NCBI GenBank assembly: GCA_001949185.1
Contig: BDGG01000005.1
Location: 186,001-250,000 of the forward strand
Direction of reading: 5' to 3'
DNA from: Ramazzottius varieornatus
Lineage: Eukaryota > Animalia > Tardigrada
DNA length: 64,000 nt
The translations under genes were made by a program, and so were the position numbers. Below, piece by piece: positions 13,301 to 26,193 of this stretch (positions are counted from its first letter, which is position 1; each line of letters begins with the position of its first letter). Under the pieces are notes generated by a model. It saw only the letters and a program-made list of their open reading frames with translations. It did no database searches and had not been told where the DNA came from.

Positions 13301-14126
13301 GATACAACACTACGGTCGCCTGTCCACTCACAACATGAAGACCACACTGGAGAACGACATCACGACTTCATCCACATTGGATATCAGGGTAAAGTGGTTT
13401 ATGATGCGCATGTACCGCATGCTGCACGAAGGCTTCTCCGAGTCTTCCGAGCTCCTTCTGACTAATGAGTTCGCCAACACACTACAGACATGTGGCTTCC
13501 CACACATCGCCATCACAGCTCTCATGCATCTCCCCCAAACACGTAGCAGCACAAACAGAATCAAGGAGTTGTCTTTAGCCTTGTCAGCCATGAAAAACAC
13601 AAACTCAGAAGTGTACAACTTGCTGACGAGGTTCTTGGCTGAGGACGTCAACTTGAGTAGGAATATTCTGAAAGAGACTGAGGCGAACCTCGCTTTGAAG
13701 AATGGTAACTACCTAGAAGCCATGGAACAATATTACCTAGCTGAAAGCTATAAAATGTGCAAAGACTTGATCAGGAAGTATGTCTTGCCAGTCTTTGCTT
13801 CTGGTGACAGCAAGGTGTATGAGGAGGCGCTTGGAAGCGTCAAGAAGATCAGTGGAGAAGGAGTAAAGGGGATGGCGCCCTATGAAAGATTCTTCGAGCT
13901 TCTGAGCGTGGTAGAAGACAACCAGGACTGCCAGTACATTCCGGAACATGTGGCTGAGCGGCTGACGGACCTTCTGGAGTACGTGCAAGACAATCGGGAA
14001 GCGCTGTTGGTGGGGTTCGAGGAGAACAGTGTCGTGGCGGAGATGGTGAAAGATAAACTGAAGGAAGCCAAAGCTTTGCTGTATTACCGAAGTAACGAGC
14101 TTTCTGTCCCTAATTTGAGTCCGTAA
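7359..14126 (+). CDS. NUP98: Nuclear pore complex protein Nup98-Nup96 precursor, multi-exon
   Basis: FG/GLFG repeats, GLEBS motif (GTTIKF...CISTMKEYDEKKSLEELRYEDY), autoproteolytic domain (VVVYPDEKDKPPVGKGLNKKAVVT...FSVNHF|SRY), then a divergent Nup96-like helical region. Confidence 0.95.
7885..7950. mobile_element. Family A palindromic element in a NUP98 intron
   Basis: CAAGTGGCGCAC...AGTGTTGGCTGAGAGAATGCGCCACGTGG, with an adjacent TCACCGTCTCAA duplication and a (GAAT)4 run upstream. Confidence 0.7.
8490..8690. repeat. Family B fold-back element in a NUP98 intron
   Basis: ACCTGCATAC (8516) pairs with GTATGCAGGT (8646); the tail resembles the copies at 46706 and 57899. Confidence 0.6.
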
Positions 14127-14791
14127 AGAAGTATGATGAAGCTTTCGAACATCTTTCTGTTGCTGATGAGTACCAAAGGAAAAATTCTGTTAAGACTGGT
14201 TTTTTTATTTTCCTGTGTATCCTTTTTTGTGGTGTTTCCGGACGAATCGTTTTGACTATTTATTCATAATACTGATGAATACTGCCTCGATAACTATAAA
14301 CTAGGTTGATACTTTATTGTTCATGTTGTTGACGTTCGGGTCCACGCCTTCGATCAGTACGAAGTAATGGCGGCGTTGGAGGACATGATAGGGGCATAGC
14401 GGTAAAATGTCTAAGCTCTCACCATAGGTTTAATAAGTTGAGATTTCGATGGGGCGAGATGTTAGCTGGTCATTTCCAGTTGTCCTTGACGTTTCTTGGA
14501 ATGAACTTCGGACTCTCAATTGTTGTCGAACGTCTTTTGTCGGTTGAATTTGATGGAGCTGTCGGACCGGGGTTGTGCATGGCTTTCAATGGCGATACCC
14601 ATTAATCTTATCGCCGGCTGTCCGGTAGTAACGGTCTAGAAATGCCTTTTTATCTCGATAAAATTACGTCTGCTATGGCAAGCAAGATTTCTCATCGCAT
14701 TTTCATGCTGTTATGATCACGAGTTGGAGGCTCCAGCTAATAATTTCCACAGTACTGCGGCCCTTTGTTTTTCTTGGAATCTTGTCTGCTG

Positions 14792-14845
14792 AGAGTTCAC
14801 GGTAACAGCGACATAATAGAGGTTCACGGTAATAGCGACATAATG
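14792..14845. repeat. Tandem duplication, 27-bp unit x2
   Basis: GTTCACGGTAA(C/T)AGCGACATAAT at 14795 and 14822. Confidence 0.85.
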
Positions 14846-15066
14846 AGTGGTTTTTAATCTGATACGCGGAAGCTTTTCTGGAGCCTTGGAGTAGATTTTA
14901 CGTGTTGAAGTACCGCGGAAACTTCTCCCACGATGGAAGAGCCATTGATTGACGAGAGCTGCTTGAGCGATGCGGAGATCATAACAAAAGCCCCTCTGGT
15001 GTGTTTTGCACATGGGTCTTGGCCAAGTTCCTCGATCATTCTTTGTATGCTTCAGAATTTTGCAAA

Positions 15067-15908
15067 ATGTCTGATGATGACTCCAATCTGTTACAGGCTC
15101 TCAGTCCTACTGTAGATTCCGCTTATGCATCTTCGGAGGACGGGACCGAGTCGTTACCCAGTCCGCTTGTTCAGAAGCGCGAAAAACGCCTCGGGTCTTC
15201 GGGCCTTACATCGTCCAGCAGTCACCAGTCCCTCGCAGAAATCACCGACGCTGACAACGATGTGTTCCCCGACACAAATTCAAAGTCGGAAGATACGACT
15301 GTACTTCTCCAGCCGCAGGTGAGGTGGCCCTATGATAACTGTCCTTGCTGACCAGTGTTATGAAGTCCATGTGGGTCTTTCAGGTGGTCGAACCGGAAGT
15401 CTCGGTCACCAGAAAGGACGAGGAAGTCAGCCTGGGTATTCTGCACGACGGAGCTTTCCACACGGTTATCATTGTCCGCAACTCGAATACCGAACCGGAC
15501 GTATTATCGTGCTGCGAGGACGATGAAATTCAGCCTGTAGATCAAGCACAGGACAAGCTTTCCCAGACAGTTGCCCTGCCAATGTTATGGAATCTCGTAC
15601 CCGACGCGTCCGTCGCTTCAGATGCACTGTTGTCCTCGAGCTCGGACCAGGAACCACAGACTTCCACCACTGCCACCACCCACCACAAGATTTCCAGCAC
15701 TTCCAGTTCGAGTACCACCTCAGCGACAAAACTGAACATGGAAGTTCATACGAAAGAACCCAAGACAGCCTTGCTGGACGAAGGGAAAGAAACCAACCTG
15801 ATAGTCCACCACTCCGATGAAGCACCGCACTCAAACAACTGCCTCCACAGTAGCAAACAGAGCTTGATCCACGCTTTGGGTTACTGCAGAAGAATACTGC
15901 ATCTTTAG
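15067..15908 (+). CDS. Hypothetical acidic Ser/Thr-rich protein, 2 coding exons
   Basis: ATG in AAAATG context; intron 15319-15383 (CAG|GTGAGG...TTTCAG) joins two ORFs in frame. No recognisable domain. Confidence 0.6.
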
Positions 15909-16131
15909 CGACGCCTAAAACACCCAAGTATTATGTTTCTACATATTTCAGTTTCATTGGATTCGCTTGATTATGTATCCTATTTTATTCCGTAATTTTT
16001 GTACCAACCGCTAACTGCACTGCAGTCTACAAGCTTCACTGTACCAATACACGGCCTTCGCATATCTGTTCATAAATTGATCAAGTTGAGGTATTAAACT
16101 GAAATTTTATAACAACTAGCACACGTGTTGC

Positions 16132-17959
16132 TCATTTTGCTTTTGGGCCTCTTCCCCACGGACTGGGCGGGTTCGGTTTAACATAGGAATGGGGCAGGTG
16201 ACCGATATCGGGAGCCATGACTCTATGATAGAACCCTTCCGGTGTATTAGGCGCTGTTCTTTTCAGGTCCTGCAACATCCAGTGATACAATCTCTGTGAA
16301 TGCCATCCGCGTTCTCTTTCCAACTCTTTCAGCTTCCTTTGCCATGAAGGAAGCTTGTGGTAGAACGGTGGCTTCTTCGGTGCTACTAGCCGCGTACTAC
16401 CACTGGTGTACATATCGTTGAAGTTAGTTACTTCGGTGGGATCAACCTCCGCAGCTGTCCTAACTGGGGCGGTCTTGGGAGAAGCCAAGACTTTTGGGAA
16501 GAAAGCCGTCTCTGGACCCATCTCGACGACGTGGAGACGCTTACGCTCGGCAAGGTCGTGGTGAACTTCTTGTTTCTCGAGACCTTCGATGAAAGCCTTG
16601 ACGATCTTCTGGACGGCTTTCGTGCTGCCTTCAACCTTGCAGTAAATATCTTTGATGCCGATCACTTCGCAGATTGTTCGGATTGCTCGATGAGCTTGCA
16701 AACCATGCCCTGAAACCAACAAAAGCATCAGAATTGTACAATAGACATATAGCATTACAACGTAGGCAAACAGTTTTGACAGGATCGTTTTCCCAAGTAG
16801 CGCACGCTTTCAGCCAATAACATTGAAAACATACGCCACTTCTTTCTATCGATATCATATTCTGTGGATGCATTTTGGGTACCTGCAGGTCGGCGTTCCA
16901 CGAAGACCATTGTCTCATTCACACGATGCTGGAAATCGTGGTACACCGTTCGGTTTTCAAACCTCTCGATATAACGAAGCTTCTTGATGGAACGATCCTT
17001 TGCTCTTCTCATAGCGACTTTGGAATCGATAGCCTTCGACAAGGACAAGCCCATCAGCCCGTTTCGATTGCCCGTCACTGCCAGCACACTGAAGCGACGT
17101 CTGCGTCCGATCGTCCCGGTCATATTGGCGACTTGCTTCATTTCCAAAACTTTACAGTCGAACTCTTCGAACGTCTCATCGCCCATCTATTTGAACAGTA
17201 ACACATTTTCTATTTTCGTTGGTATTACTTTCAAGGAGGACTATCTGGACCAAAGTAAACAAACTCGACAAGACAGTTTTGAAAAGTGGCGCACGCTTCC
17301 AGCTAGTAACACCGAGAACGTGCGCCACTCGGAGAAGCAACCTTTCCGAGTTTATTTTCCCAGATTCCATTTAGGCTTCTAGACGTACTCGATCCGGAGG
17401 TCCGATACTTCGACCAGGCATCTTCGTGCCAGTCCATCCTCGCTCTAGCGGATTCAACCTCAGCATACGGAATTTTTCAATGTTGTCTCGAATTTTATAC
17501 AGCTTTTCTTTTCTTCCTGGATCAGGAGGTAATTCTTGCTGACGAACGACATCTCGTCCTCGAAGTACGGGAGCATTCAGACCAGGCCACACCATGTTGA
17601 CATCCCCTGCAACATCACATTTCATGACCAGATCTATTCGAACTGTAGTTGGGGAGGACAATCTTACCGACGCCCAGTTGTTGTCCCCTGTTTAGATTCT
17701 TGATCTGCTTCCGTCCACGAGCTCGACCACGTTTCCGTCCAGCATTGCTGACACTCGTCGCACTCTTCCAAAGGGCTTCTTGGGTTAGATGACCAAAGAA
17801 GCTAGTTGAGCCGTGTCGTATGCCTGGCTGTTCGATGTGACGGCCTTGAGCGCATAGTAGGCTGGAGGCTGATGGCAATGCTGAACGTAGCACCGACGAG
17901 GCAGGAAGACTCTGCGGAATCCTCCCCAGGACGCTAACTGCCAAACGTAAGGCTAACAT
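16132..17959 (-). CDS. MRPS5: Mitochondrial ribosomal protein S5 (uS5m), 4 exons
   Basis: LWKSATSVSNAGRKRGR, KNLNRGQQLGVG, WPGLNAPV, PLERGWTG, VTGNRNGLMG, YIERFENRTVYHDF and HRAIRTICEVIGIKDIYCKVEGS. Confidence 0.96.
16768..16856. mobile_element. Family A palindromic element in an MRPS5 intron
   Basis: GACAGGATCGTTTTCCCAAGTAGCGCACGCTTTCAGCCAATAACATTGAAAACATACGCCACTT. Confidence 0.8.
17258..17353. mobile_element. Family A palindromic element in an MRPS5 intron
   Basis: AACAAACTCGACAAG...AAGTGGCGCACGCTTCCAGCTAGTAACACCGAGAACGTGCGCCACT...CGAGTTT. Confidence 0.8.
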
Positions 17960-18455
17960 GATCAGACGAACCACCCTCAACGATCAGTACAATTCAATTT
18001 CCCATGGGAAAAACGAACTGGACATTCGATGGTAAGCTGAAGATGTCGAGGTCAGATGACTCGAATCTTGAATCCTTGATGAGGAAAAGAAGTAGCAGCC
18101 GGAAGTGGAACTGAAATCTTCCGAAACAGTTCAAAGTGGAAATTAGATTTGAATGCTCCACTTGCAATCAATGCGACTCCAATCAACTGGCTTTTCTATA
18201 CACTGACCTGGTAGCACCAGAACATATCACATGTATAGTCCGCATTTGCAGATTGCAGATTCATTTCCGGCATGTCTTCGATCCAGATCCGTGCGATCGT
18301 CGGTGTCTTTCTTGTGCTTCTTCGGGTTGGAGAGCTATAGCATCCTGCGACGAGAGTTGTTAGGAGTTTCACCTGCGATCTCACTCGACATGGAACTCCA
18401 TCATCTGCGCCAGCTTACGTGAACGTCCTGTTGTTATCCCTTATATGAACGTATG

Positions 18456-18551
18456 CGAGTTTCATCAGCACCCAGGAAAGATGATCATCCCGTTACATCT
18501 ACGAGTTTCATCAGCATCCAGGAAAGATGATCATCCCGTTACATCTACGAG
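18456..18551. repeat. Tandem duplication, 46-bp unit x2 with one mismatch
   Basis: CGAGTTTCATCAGCA(C/T)CCAGGAAAGATGATCATCCCGTTACATCTA at 18456 and 18502. Confidence 0.9.
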
Positions 18552-18692
18552 CGGTGGCTGTTGCACTAGCAGGCACTCTTAGACTGGATTGACCCTTTGA
18601 CTGACACTGTTGTCTCAAAAACCTGGACGCGTTGCGGGTAGAAAATTCCGAGCTACTGTCGATATCCTGTTTTAGTCCTCCCGTATGCCGCG

Positions 18693-19371
18693 ATGGTGCG
18701 ATATGCCCCCTTCGCTAGACCCTGGATGCAGAGATCACTGTTCAGAGTGGGAGTTCCTATCTTTGTAAGTAACGCGCTCATGGCCACCGTGTTCAGCATC
18801 CGCGTTCGTATATCAGTTTATAGGAGAATGCTAGCAAAAGAAGGAGACGAGTCGATATAATTATAGCGCACCCATTGCCTTTCCACCTTTACCCTCTGTT
18901 GCAGATCATTGTCATCGGAGGATCGTTCTACTTGAAAGACTTTACCAAATTACGTTACAAATATCGCGCTCAAAAACAGGTAACTCCGGAGGATCTAAGC
19001 ACACCGTATTGCGAAGTTCGCGGACACTCTTCATCTGAGATCATAACTAAGGCTCTTCCTCTAGATCACTCCCGAAGACTTTGAAAAAATAATGGGCGTA
19101 CCAATGAAGAAGAAGCCAGTAAACTTTGAGGAAGAACTTAAGGTACGCGAAAGTACTCCCTACAGTTTGTTTGCCAGCAGCTGTACGTGTTCACCACTGT
19201 TCGGATGTTATCACTGGACATCTTTTGCAGAAGGCCGAAAGTGAAGTACAGTCCGACTACACTATGATTCGGGGACCTCGCCCTGATGAGCCCTGGACTG
19301 CGTACGATACCATGAAGAAGGAAAGACTGGCCGAGAAAGCCCAACAAAAAGCTGGGAAGATACCAGCCTAA
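18693..19371 (+). CDS. COX16: Cytochrome c oxidase assembly protein COX16, 4 exons
   Basis: Spliced product MVRYAPFARPWMQRSLFRVGVPIF|IIVIGGSFYLKDFTKLRYK...|...DYTMIRGPRPDEP, matching the COX16 GVP-x-GGSF-x-L and IRGPRP motifs. Confidence 0.9.
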
Positions 19372-20797
19372 TAACCGAAAGCTGTCATTTCTTCTCAAAC
19401 TCTGTGATCAACTTCCCTGTGTGATTTGCAAGTTCATAAGGTTAGTTCGTATATCTCCTTTCACAACTGTCCGTTCAATCGGGTTTTACCTCTTTTGATA
19501 TGCAAGACTTTGTTCCAGTATCGAATTTAGTGAGATTGTGGGCTCCAGAGAACCAGTTTATTGAACTGTTACGGTGGGTGGTGCGTGAGGTTGAAGTTAC
19601 CACTTTGTGGGCGGATTGCCGACGGTTAAGAAGTGTCATTGATGTGTGGTGATCGACAGACATTTTAACGGTGAAATCGCCCAGAAAAAAATCGTTGTGG
19701 CGACTCAAAAAACCCATTCATGGAAAACGCCGGGGTTTCCGCTCCAGTCTCGCCCCCGAGATCAAGCTGAATCTGAACGACTTCCGGGTTACTGTAGACA
19801 GACCCTCAAAGCGATAACATTTTGTGCGTTATTCGTTTCGGACATTTGTCACGATTAAAGAATGAAAACGAACATCGCCATCGTTCGTATGAAACCTTAC
19901 TTCTGTAATTACAGTTTAATGAGTTTATGTAGGAAGTGGTGCGATGTGCACTAAACGAACAGATGGCTATACCAAAAAAGAACTTTTTTCAAGAGGGGGA
20001 AAGAGGAGCTTGGTTGGAAATTGAGGACGAACAGAGACACATCCGGTGGTAATCGTCTGGTTGGTGGTGCAGCGGAGCTCGGATCGGAAGGAAGTGGTTT
20101 TTGCCGGAATCACGGATGCGGCAAAAGGGGGCTGTACGAGTACCACTGCAATGGCTTTTGTTCATGCACATCAGCCGTCGAGCCATTCAAGGGTGAACAT
20201 AAGCTTGACGTTTGTCCGTCCTCTATTGAAAGTAACCAACTGTGGGGCTACACAGCTAGTTTGAATCAAGTCACTGTATGTTATTGACCACTGCTGTGTT
20301 ACAGGAAAATCTCTCCGGAACCACGGCGGCCTCCCCAGCACAGCGTCGTACTGCGCTAGTATATTCTCTCGATCCCTAAGTTAGTTGTCAAGCTGTTAAT
20401 CTCATCCTGCAAGTGGCTGGTATATCAAGTTAATCGCTGGTTGTGTTCCGACCGTCCGCCCAGTTAAACAGATGATGTCCGGCTACTGTTTGACACTTTA
20501 AATCGATTGTGTCCAGTCATAATCCATCGCGCTATCTCCTGTATGCATGTTGCCATTGTCCAGCGCTAAGTGTGTTTTTTATGCGTCTCACTTCCGTCAC
20601 CTGATTGCCGCCATGAAGCTGAAGCCAGACATTTTAGCGGCTGGAAAATTTCAATGGAGGCTATTCCCAGTTTAGTTATATGTTGGATCTTGTTTTGCGG
20701 GGAATCTGCAATGTCTTGAAGAGCAATATTGTTTCGAACGCACAGCGCGTGTTTTTGCCTGACTTCCTCGTCAACGAACCCCGGCTGCAACTCTACC

Positions 20798-23700
20798 ATG
20801 GCGTTGTTAATATGCAGTGTGACTGTCCTCCTTCTCTTCCATTTCCCACGACCCTCACTGTCAGCTCAACAAAACAATACTCACAGCAATTGCGATTGCT
20901 CGTGCCGCTCTTATGGATCGACAGAACTGTGCTCGGTTCAAAGACTGACGCCCAGATTGGATTGTCCCTGTTGCCAGACTTGTCTACGACAGGCCGGTGA
21001 ATACTGTAAGCTGACCTTTTTCCCTCTTTTTTCTAGAAAATTGTGAGAAGTTATTATTGAGAGGTATGGCGCAAGTTACATTGAACTGATTTGAATATTC
21101 TCATTGTGAAACGAGCTTCGGCAAACGAACTGAACATGATCGTTGTCTTTAGTGACGCATGTTTCGATTGTTAAGGCTGTGAGAGTGCGCCAGTTTGGAA
21201 AACGATCATGTTCAAGTCATTTGCCCACGGCCCAAATATTTTCTCCCTAAAGATGATTGAGGTTGCGACGAGGCTGTAAGAAACAATAAAACCAAGAATA
21301 GTATCGCCCTTTTCTTACGTGGTTTGTATTTTGTTGCAGGCGACGAAATAGCATTTCCCTGTGATATCGAGTTCGGACTTTCATGCAGCACGAAGACCGA
21401 AACGTGTGAAGGTAATTGATCCCCATCGAGTACTCTGAAAACAGCGCTGGAAATAGAGTTCCATCCTCGTTGCACGCCACTTCTTGAAGAGTTTCCTGAC
21501 TCGAAATGTAATATGCGGGGAGGTCAGCTTTTTCGAACGGGGTCTTCGTTCTTTCTAAATTTGAATGGCTGTGAGCCTGCTACATCATGTTCGTTGGGAA
21601 TGTGATATGGTCAGTTATGCCCATCTGACTCTATTGGCGAAGCAATGTACGGCATTATAGTTTTGGTTTGCACAGTAGCAAGTCATCCTTGACGTGGTAT
21701 GACAAATGATCTTGACATTGTAGATGGATAGTGGCAAATACCGGTACCGTTGTGTGCAGTGGACAAACATTGACTTGCTTTCACCACTTATCAAATACTC
21801 GAGCTGTTTTTCACCGGTTTCTCGCTCTTTTGTATAATCTTGAAAAAAATCCGAATAAAATTTAGAGTTTAGTTTCAAAAGGGTTTGATTTTCGAACATT
21901 TGCATTGGTTTAACATACTTTTGGGTTTTTGATTTTTTTATCCGTTCTGTAGGCCCGTTTGATCTCCGGTCTGTGAGCGTTACGCACAACAGTGCACGCC
22001 TGGAATGGAGTAAATCAGCTAACTTGCAAGGCCACCAGCTTTACATTTTTTACACGTCCAGTTATGACGGGAATTTGCGACAATGGGCAATGCAAGAGGT
22101 ATTTTCTATGATATGTAGTTTTGAACCGGTTGACCGCAATCTTACCGCGATTCACTTTAGACCATGCACCTAGCTCAACTCCGTTCTCTCCGACAGACCA
22201 CCGCCGGAAAGTCTATGGACACCATCTACGGACTGGAACGAGGAACTCAGTACTACATCGCACTGGTCCCCGAATCCGCCGGCGTGTTCCAGTTCGCCAA
22301 TCGCTCGGAGATACTTACACTGAAAACCCAAGGTGAAACATAAGCCACAGAAAAGTACATAGAGATACAGAGCTCAATAAATGGCCAACCAAAACTGCAT
22401 TGGTAACAACTAGTCAGAACGAAAGACCGGTAAATGAACTGCGAATCATGCACCAACATGCATCTCGCGCAGTACTATATGTGAAGCTTCGTATATGCAG
22501 GTCCATGATGCGCAACCTGCTTCGTTTGCCGCTCTTTCGGCCAAATTCAAGTTGGATCTAGCTTGAAGGATGACTGATTATTCAATTGTTTGTTCCGCGT
22601 TCGAATCATGATTGATGCTTTATGAGTTCCATTCCAGGCTGCCGGCAGGGAAATCATTCATACGCAGTCGGAGATGTTTTTTCGGTGGGGTGCGATTACA
22701 ACTGTTCCTGTACTACAGAAGGTCTAGTCGCCTGCACCGAGCGCAAGTGTCCTCTTGTCTACAAGAAGAATGACATCAAGGACCCTCTCTGCAAAGAGCA
22801 CGATGATCCAGCTTCAGACGATCCTTGTTGCGTCATTTACACATGTCAAAATGCCGAGGCTTCTTCATCCGAGATGATTAGTAGCGAGCACTGTCTGTAC
22901 AAAGGCCAGCGCTATGCATTAGCTACCGAGTTCTTTAACGAAAACTGCACAAGTTCCTGCTACTGTGATGAGATTGGCGTGGTAGACTGTAGTCCGCTGA
23001 AATGTCCACTGAGTTCGCCGCATCTTTTAAACCAGAAAAGCTGCCTCGAATGGTCGGTGAACGGGTCGAGCAGTCGTACTCCTCCAGATTGCTGTTCGAA
23101 CCTAACATGCATCAATGGTAAAATTCGTAAAGAATTAACAAATCGGATTTGCGCATAATTAATCGGTCCATTCAACTTTCCGATTAACAACTGGTTTCGC
23201 GGATGGTCGGTTGCTCGTAAATTGGAATAAACAGAGTGAAACTTCTCTATGTTGTAGACGGAACTTGCAAAATCGACGGGACCGTTTATGAGAACGGTGC
23301 AACCGTTCCTACGCTGGCATGCGACCAACGATGCGTTTGTAACGCAGGCAAATTAGCCTGTCAATCAACGTGCCCGGAAATATTCAGTCGACCACCAATA
23401 GATCCATCATGTCCCAAGTTCTCGCTGAGCAAGCCTCCCGGAAGTTGCTGTCCAGAGTGGAAATGCGACAGCGCTGTAAGAAGCTCTCCAGCTGCGGAGT
23501 GCCTCCTGGATGGGCGACCTCATCGAGTCGGCGAAACGTGGGTCGACGTTGACCACTGCCGTTCGAGGAACTGTACTTGTCGACCTGGGTTGAATGGCCA
23601 GACCGAGCTGATGTGCACGGGAGGATGTCCCATCCTGACCAACGACGATCTGAATCCGCGACCCGGATGTGCGAAGCCGGTGGTCTTCAGGCCAGACGAT

Positions 23701-26193
23701 CCATGCGCCTGTCCGAATATTCGGTGTTCCATTGATGGCGCGGACGATGTACCTATCGTCAGACAGAACCTCCTGAGTAAGTTCGATCTTTTGAGTTCAT
23801 CATACAATATTGGAAGTATTAATATCTTTCTCATTGTTTGAAAGCCCGCTAAACCAAACCGCTTGCTCCGTCACGTACCTGCGTGCTCGTGCAAGATGAT
23901 TGTCCCACGAATAGCTGTATGCAGGTGCGGGACAAAGCCATGTGTTTGGATCGTCGACTGGAGGTTTTTGCTTCGGCAGTCAGAATATTTTGTTCCATGC
24001 CGCGCTTTTCTTTCCAGGTAATGCTTTGTATTCACTGAGAGCTACGATGGTCAACGAGACAACAGCGCAGACTACACTGGACATTTCCAGTGAGCTGCCA
24101 CGAAACATACCGGCGGTCCTGGAGACACACATCGCGCCAGTTTCCATTGAAGGCGAAGGTGGCAACAATTCGGACACATGGACCGTCTCGTCTACCCGAA
24201 TAGATCGTCTGCAGCCAGTCATAATAGAGTTCATAACTGGATTCCAGAACAATGGAACCTACAGAATAAGAGTGAGACTCATTCTGAAAGATCCCGCAAC
24301 GGCCAACGACGTCGTGTTACCCTTCAGTCAAACGGTGTTCCTCACCGTCCTCACTAAACGTAGGTTTTAATGAAATTGTATTTATGGTCTAGTAATTTTT
24401 CGAGAGCAGAATCAACAAAAGGTGTTTGTCTTTTCAGCAAACTCTCTACAGTGTTTTATCAATGGAACGGCATTCATAGAAGGAGCCTTTATTCCGACTG
24501 GGTGTGGTCAAGAATGCATATGCCATAACGGCTTCTCGCTATGCCGACCGACGCAGTGCGATGTCCATCAGTCGGTACTGTTACCTTCAGAGTTCTGCCC
24601 AGTACCGGTCCTGGTCAAGTCACCGACCGAATGCTGTCCGCGATGGGAATGTCATCCATCATGTACGCAAACAGTGTTCATAATTTATTAGCCGTCTACT
24701 TATCGGAAAAATAATACTTACATCTCAACCTACACTCGTCAATATATTCCCGTGTGTTTACTCAGAAAAGATGAAGTATAATTGTTGAGTTGTCATGTTC
24801 CATCTTTCCGTAGCGACCGGATGCCGGCTGGGTAGCGCCATCTACAGTCACGGTGACCACTGGAGAAACGGCTGTTCAGAGGAGTGCACATGCAAACATG
24901 GCTCGATCCAGTGCTATGATCTATGCGAGGAATTTCAGAAGACACTTCCGCATCCATCGTGTAAACCAACCAAAGTGGCGGGCAGCTGTTGTCCGGTTTG
25001 GAAATGTGACGAAGGTCCGCAACTGTGCACTGCTCTCCAATCACTGCAATCAGCGTTATTCGTTATTGGGATTGACGTTTGATCTTTGTAGGGATCACGG
25101 CGCCAATGTTAGATTTCACGAACGACGTGGAGAATGGCGCGCTGAATTTGAGTGTGACCTCCATCATGAGCACCAAAGCGCGCCTGACTTGGCGGACACC
25201 TTCCGGTCCTCGTGAGATTTCCGGCTTCAACCTCTTTGTAGAGGAAACCAAATCTGATCGAGAATCATACCGCGAGGCAAATCTCATCCATCCCGGTGTG
25301 CATGAATATGCCCTACGAGACCTGACACCCGGTGTACGATACAAGGCGACGCTGAAAGCTCTAGAGAACGACCGGATAGTGACCAGTCATAGCATCTACT
25401 TCCAGACAACTGAACTATCTGGTTCGCCTGGTTCTTCATTTCACGAAATCCGGCAAACCGGCAAACAAAACGTGCAGAATCGTTGTTTCAAGCGGCGCAT
25501 CTTTTTAGCCAATCACAATGGAAAGTGCGCCACTTAGGATAACGCTCTTGTGCGCTTCGTTTGCCGGCCTTCTGTTTCGACTCGCCGCGTGGAAGAAACT
25601 TCGATTTTCGTCTTTCCAGATGTAAAGGTTTCAATGTGGTTGGGTTTTATTGGAAGTGATAAAGCCGAAGCCGTATGGGATTGTCAACACTGCGAAGACC
25701 TCACAAATCTGAAGCTCAACCTACAAAGTTCTTCCAGTCCAGGCCCGGCCATCGGTGACGTCACTCCCGGTCTTCCAAAGATCACTCTAACCGCTCTGAA
25801 TCCGAAAGAGAGCTACCAGCTTTGGTTGGAAGGACTCACAGCGAGTGGCACCGCAGTCAAATCGAACATGTTGGCATTTACCACCCGGGCCGACGATGAG
25901 TTTAACGGTAAACGTGTAGAAACATTCGCACCGAATAATCTCTCCAATGCTGAATCTTTCTTGTAGAAATTCCGACGAAAGGTTTCCAGAACCAGACAGC
26001 AGTCCAGATTGCGAACCGGATAACGTCAGCAGAGCAAAAGCTCTCTACTGCACTCATAATAGTGTCAGCTCTTTGCGGGTTTTTCTTCCTTGCATTCTTC
26101 ATGGCCATAGCGGTGTGCCTGCGGTACAAGAAAGCGTCAAGTTTGCAAAAGCCAAATACTTATCATACTTACACAGATCATATGTACAAGTAA
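20798..26193 (+). CDS. Type I cell-surface receptor with IGFBP-like, FN3 and multiple VWC domains (stranded-at-second/Sas-like)
   Basis: Signal peptide MALLICSVTVLLLFHF; CPCCQTCLRQAG...PCDIEFGLSC (IB-like); FN3 exons; about 6 VWC repeats (CxxCxC...CCPxWxC); TM helix ALIIVSALCGFFFLAFFMAIAVCL; short tail ending YTDHMYK. Confidence 0.8.
21132..21214. mobile_element. Family A palindromic element in an intron
   Basis: Perfect 14-bp outer stem TGAACATGATCGTT / AACGATCATGTTCA enclosing AGTGACGCAT...GTGCGCCAG. Confidence 0.7.
22420..22539. repeat. Family B-like fold-back element in an intron
   Basis: Stacked stems CGAAAGA/TCTTTCG, CGGTAAATGAA/TTCGTTTGCCG, ATCATG/CATGAT and TGCAT/ATGCA(GGT). Confidence 0.6.
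23854..23949. repeat. Family B fold-back element in an intron
   Basis: GTACCTGCGTGC pairs with GTATGCAGGTGC; outer CCAAAC/GTTTGG. Confidence 0.65.
25463..25561. mobile_element. Family A palindromic element in an intron
   Basis: ATCGTTGTTTCAAGCGGCGCAT...AGCCAATCACAATGGAAAGTGCGCCACTTAGGATAACG. Confidence 0.75.

Noticed and set aside
18456-18551. CRISPR-like direct repeats
   Set aside because: Two abutting copies with no spacers, no cas genes, and a eukaryotic context.
19960-20390. Short Cys-containing ORFs upstream of the Sas-like gene
   Set aside because: No consistent spliced frame could be built; possibly 5' UTR exons.
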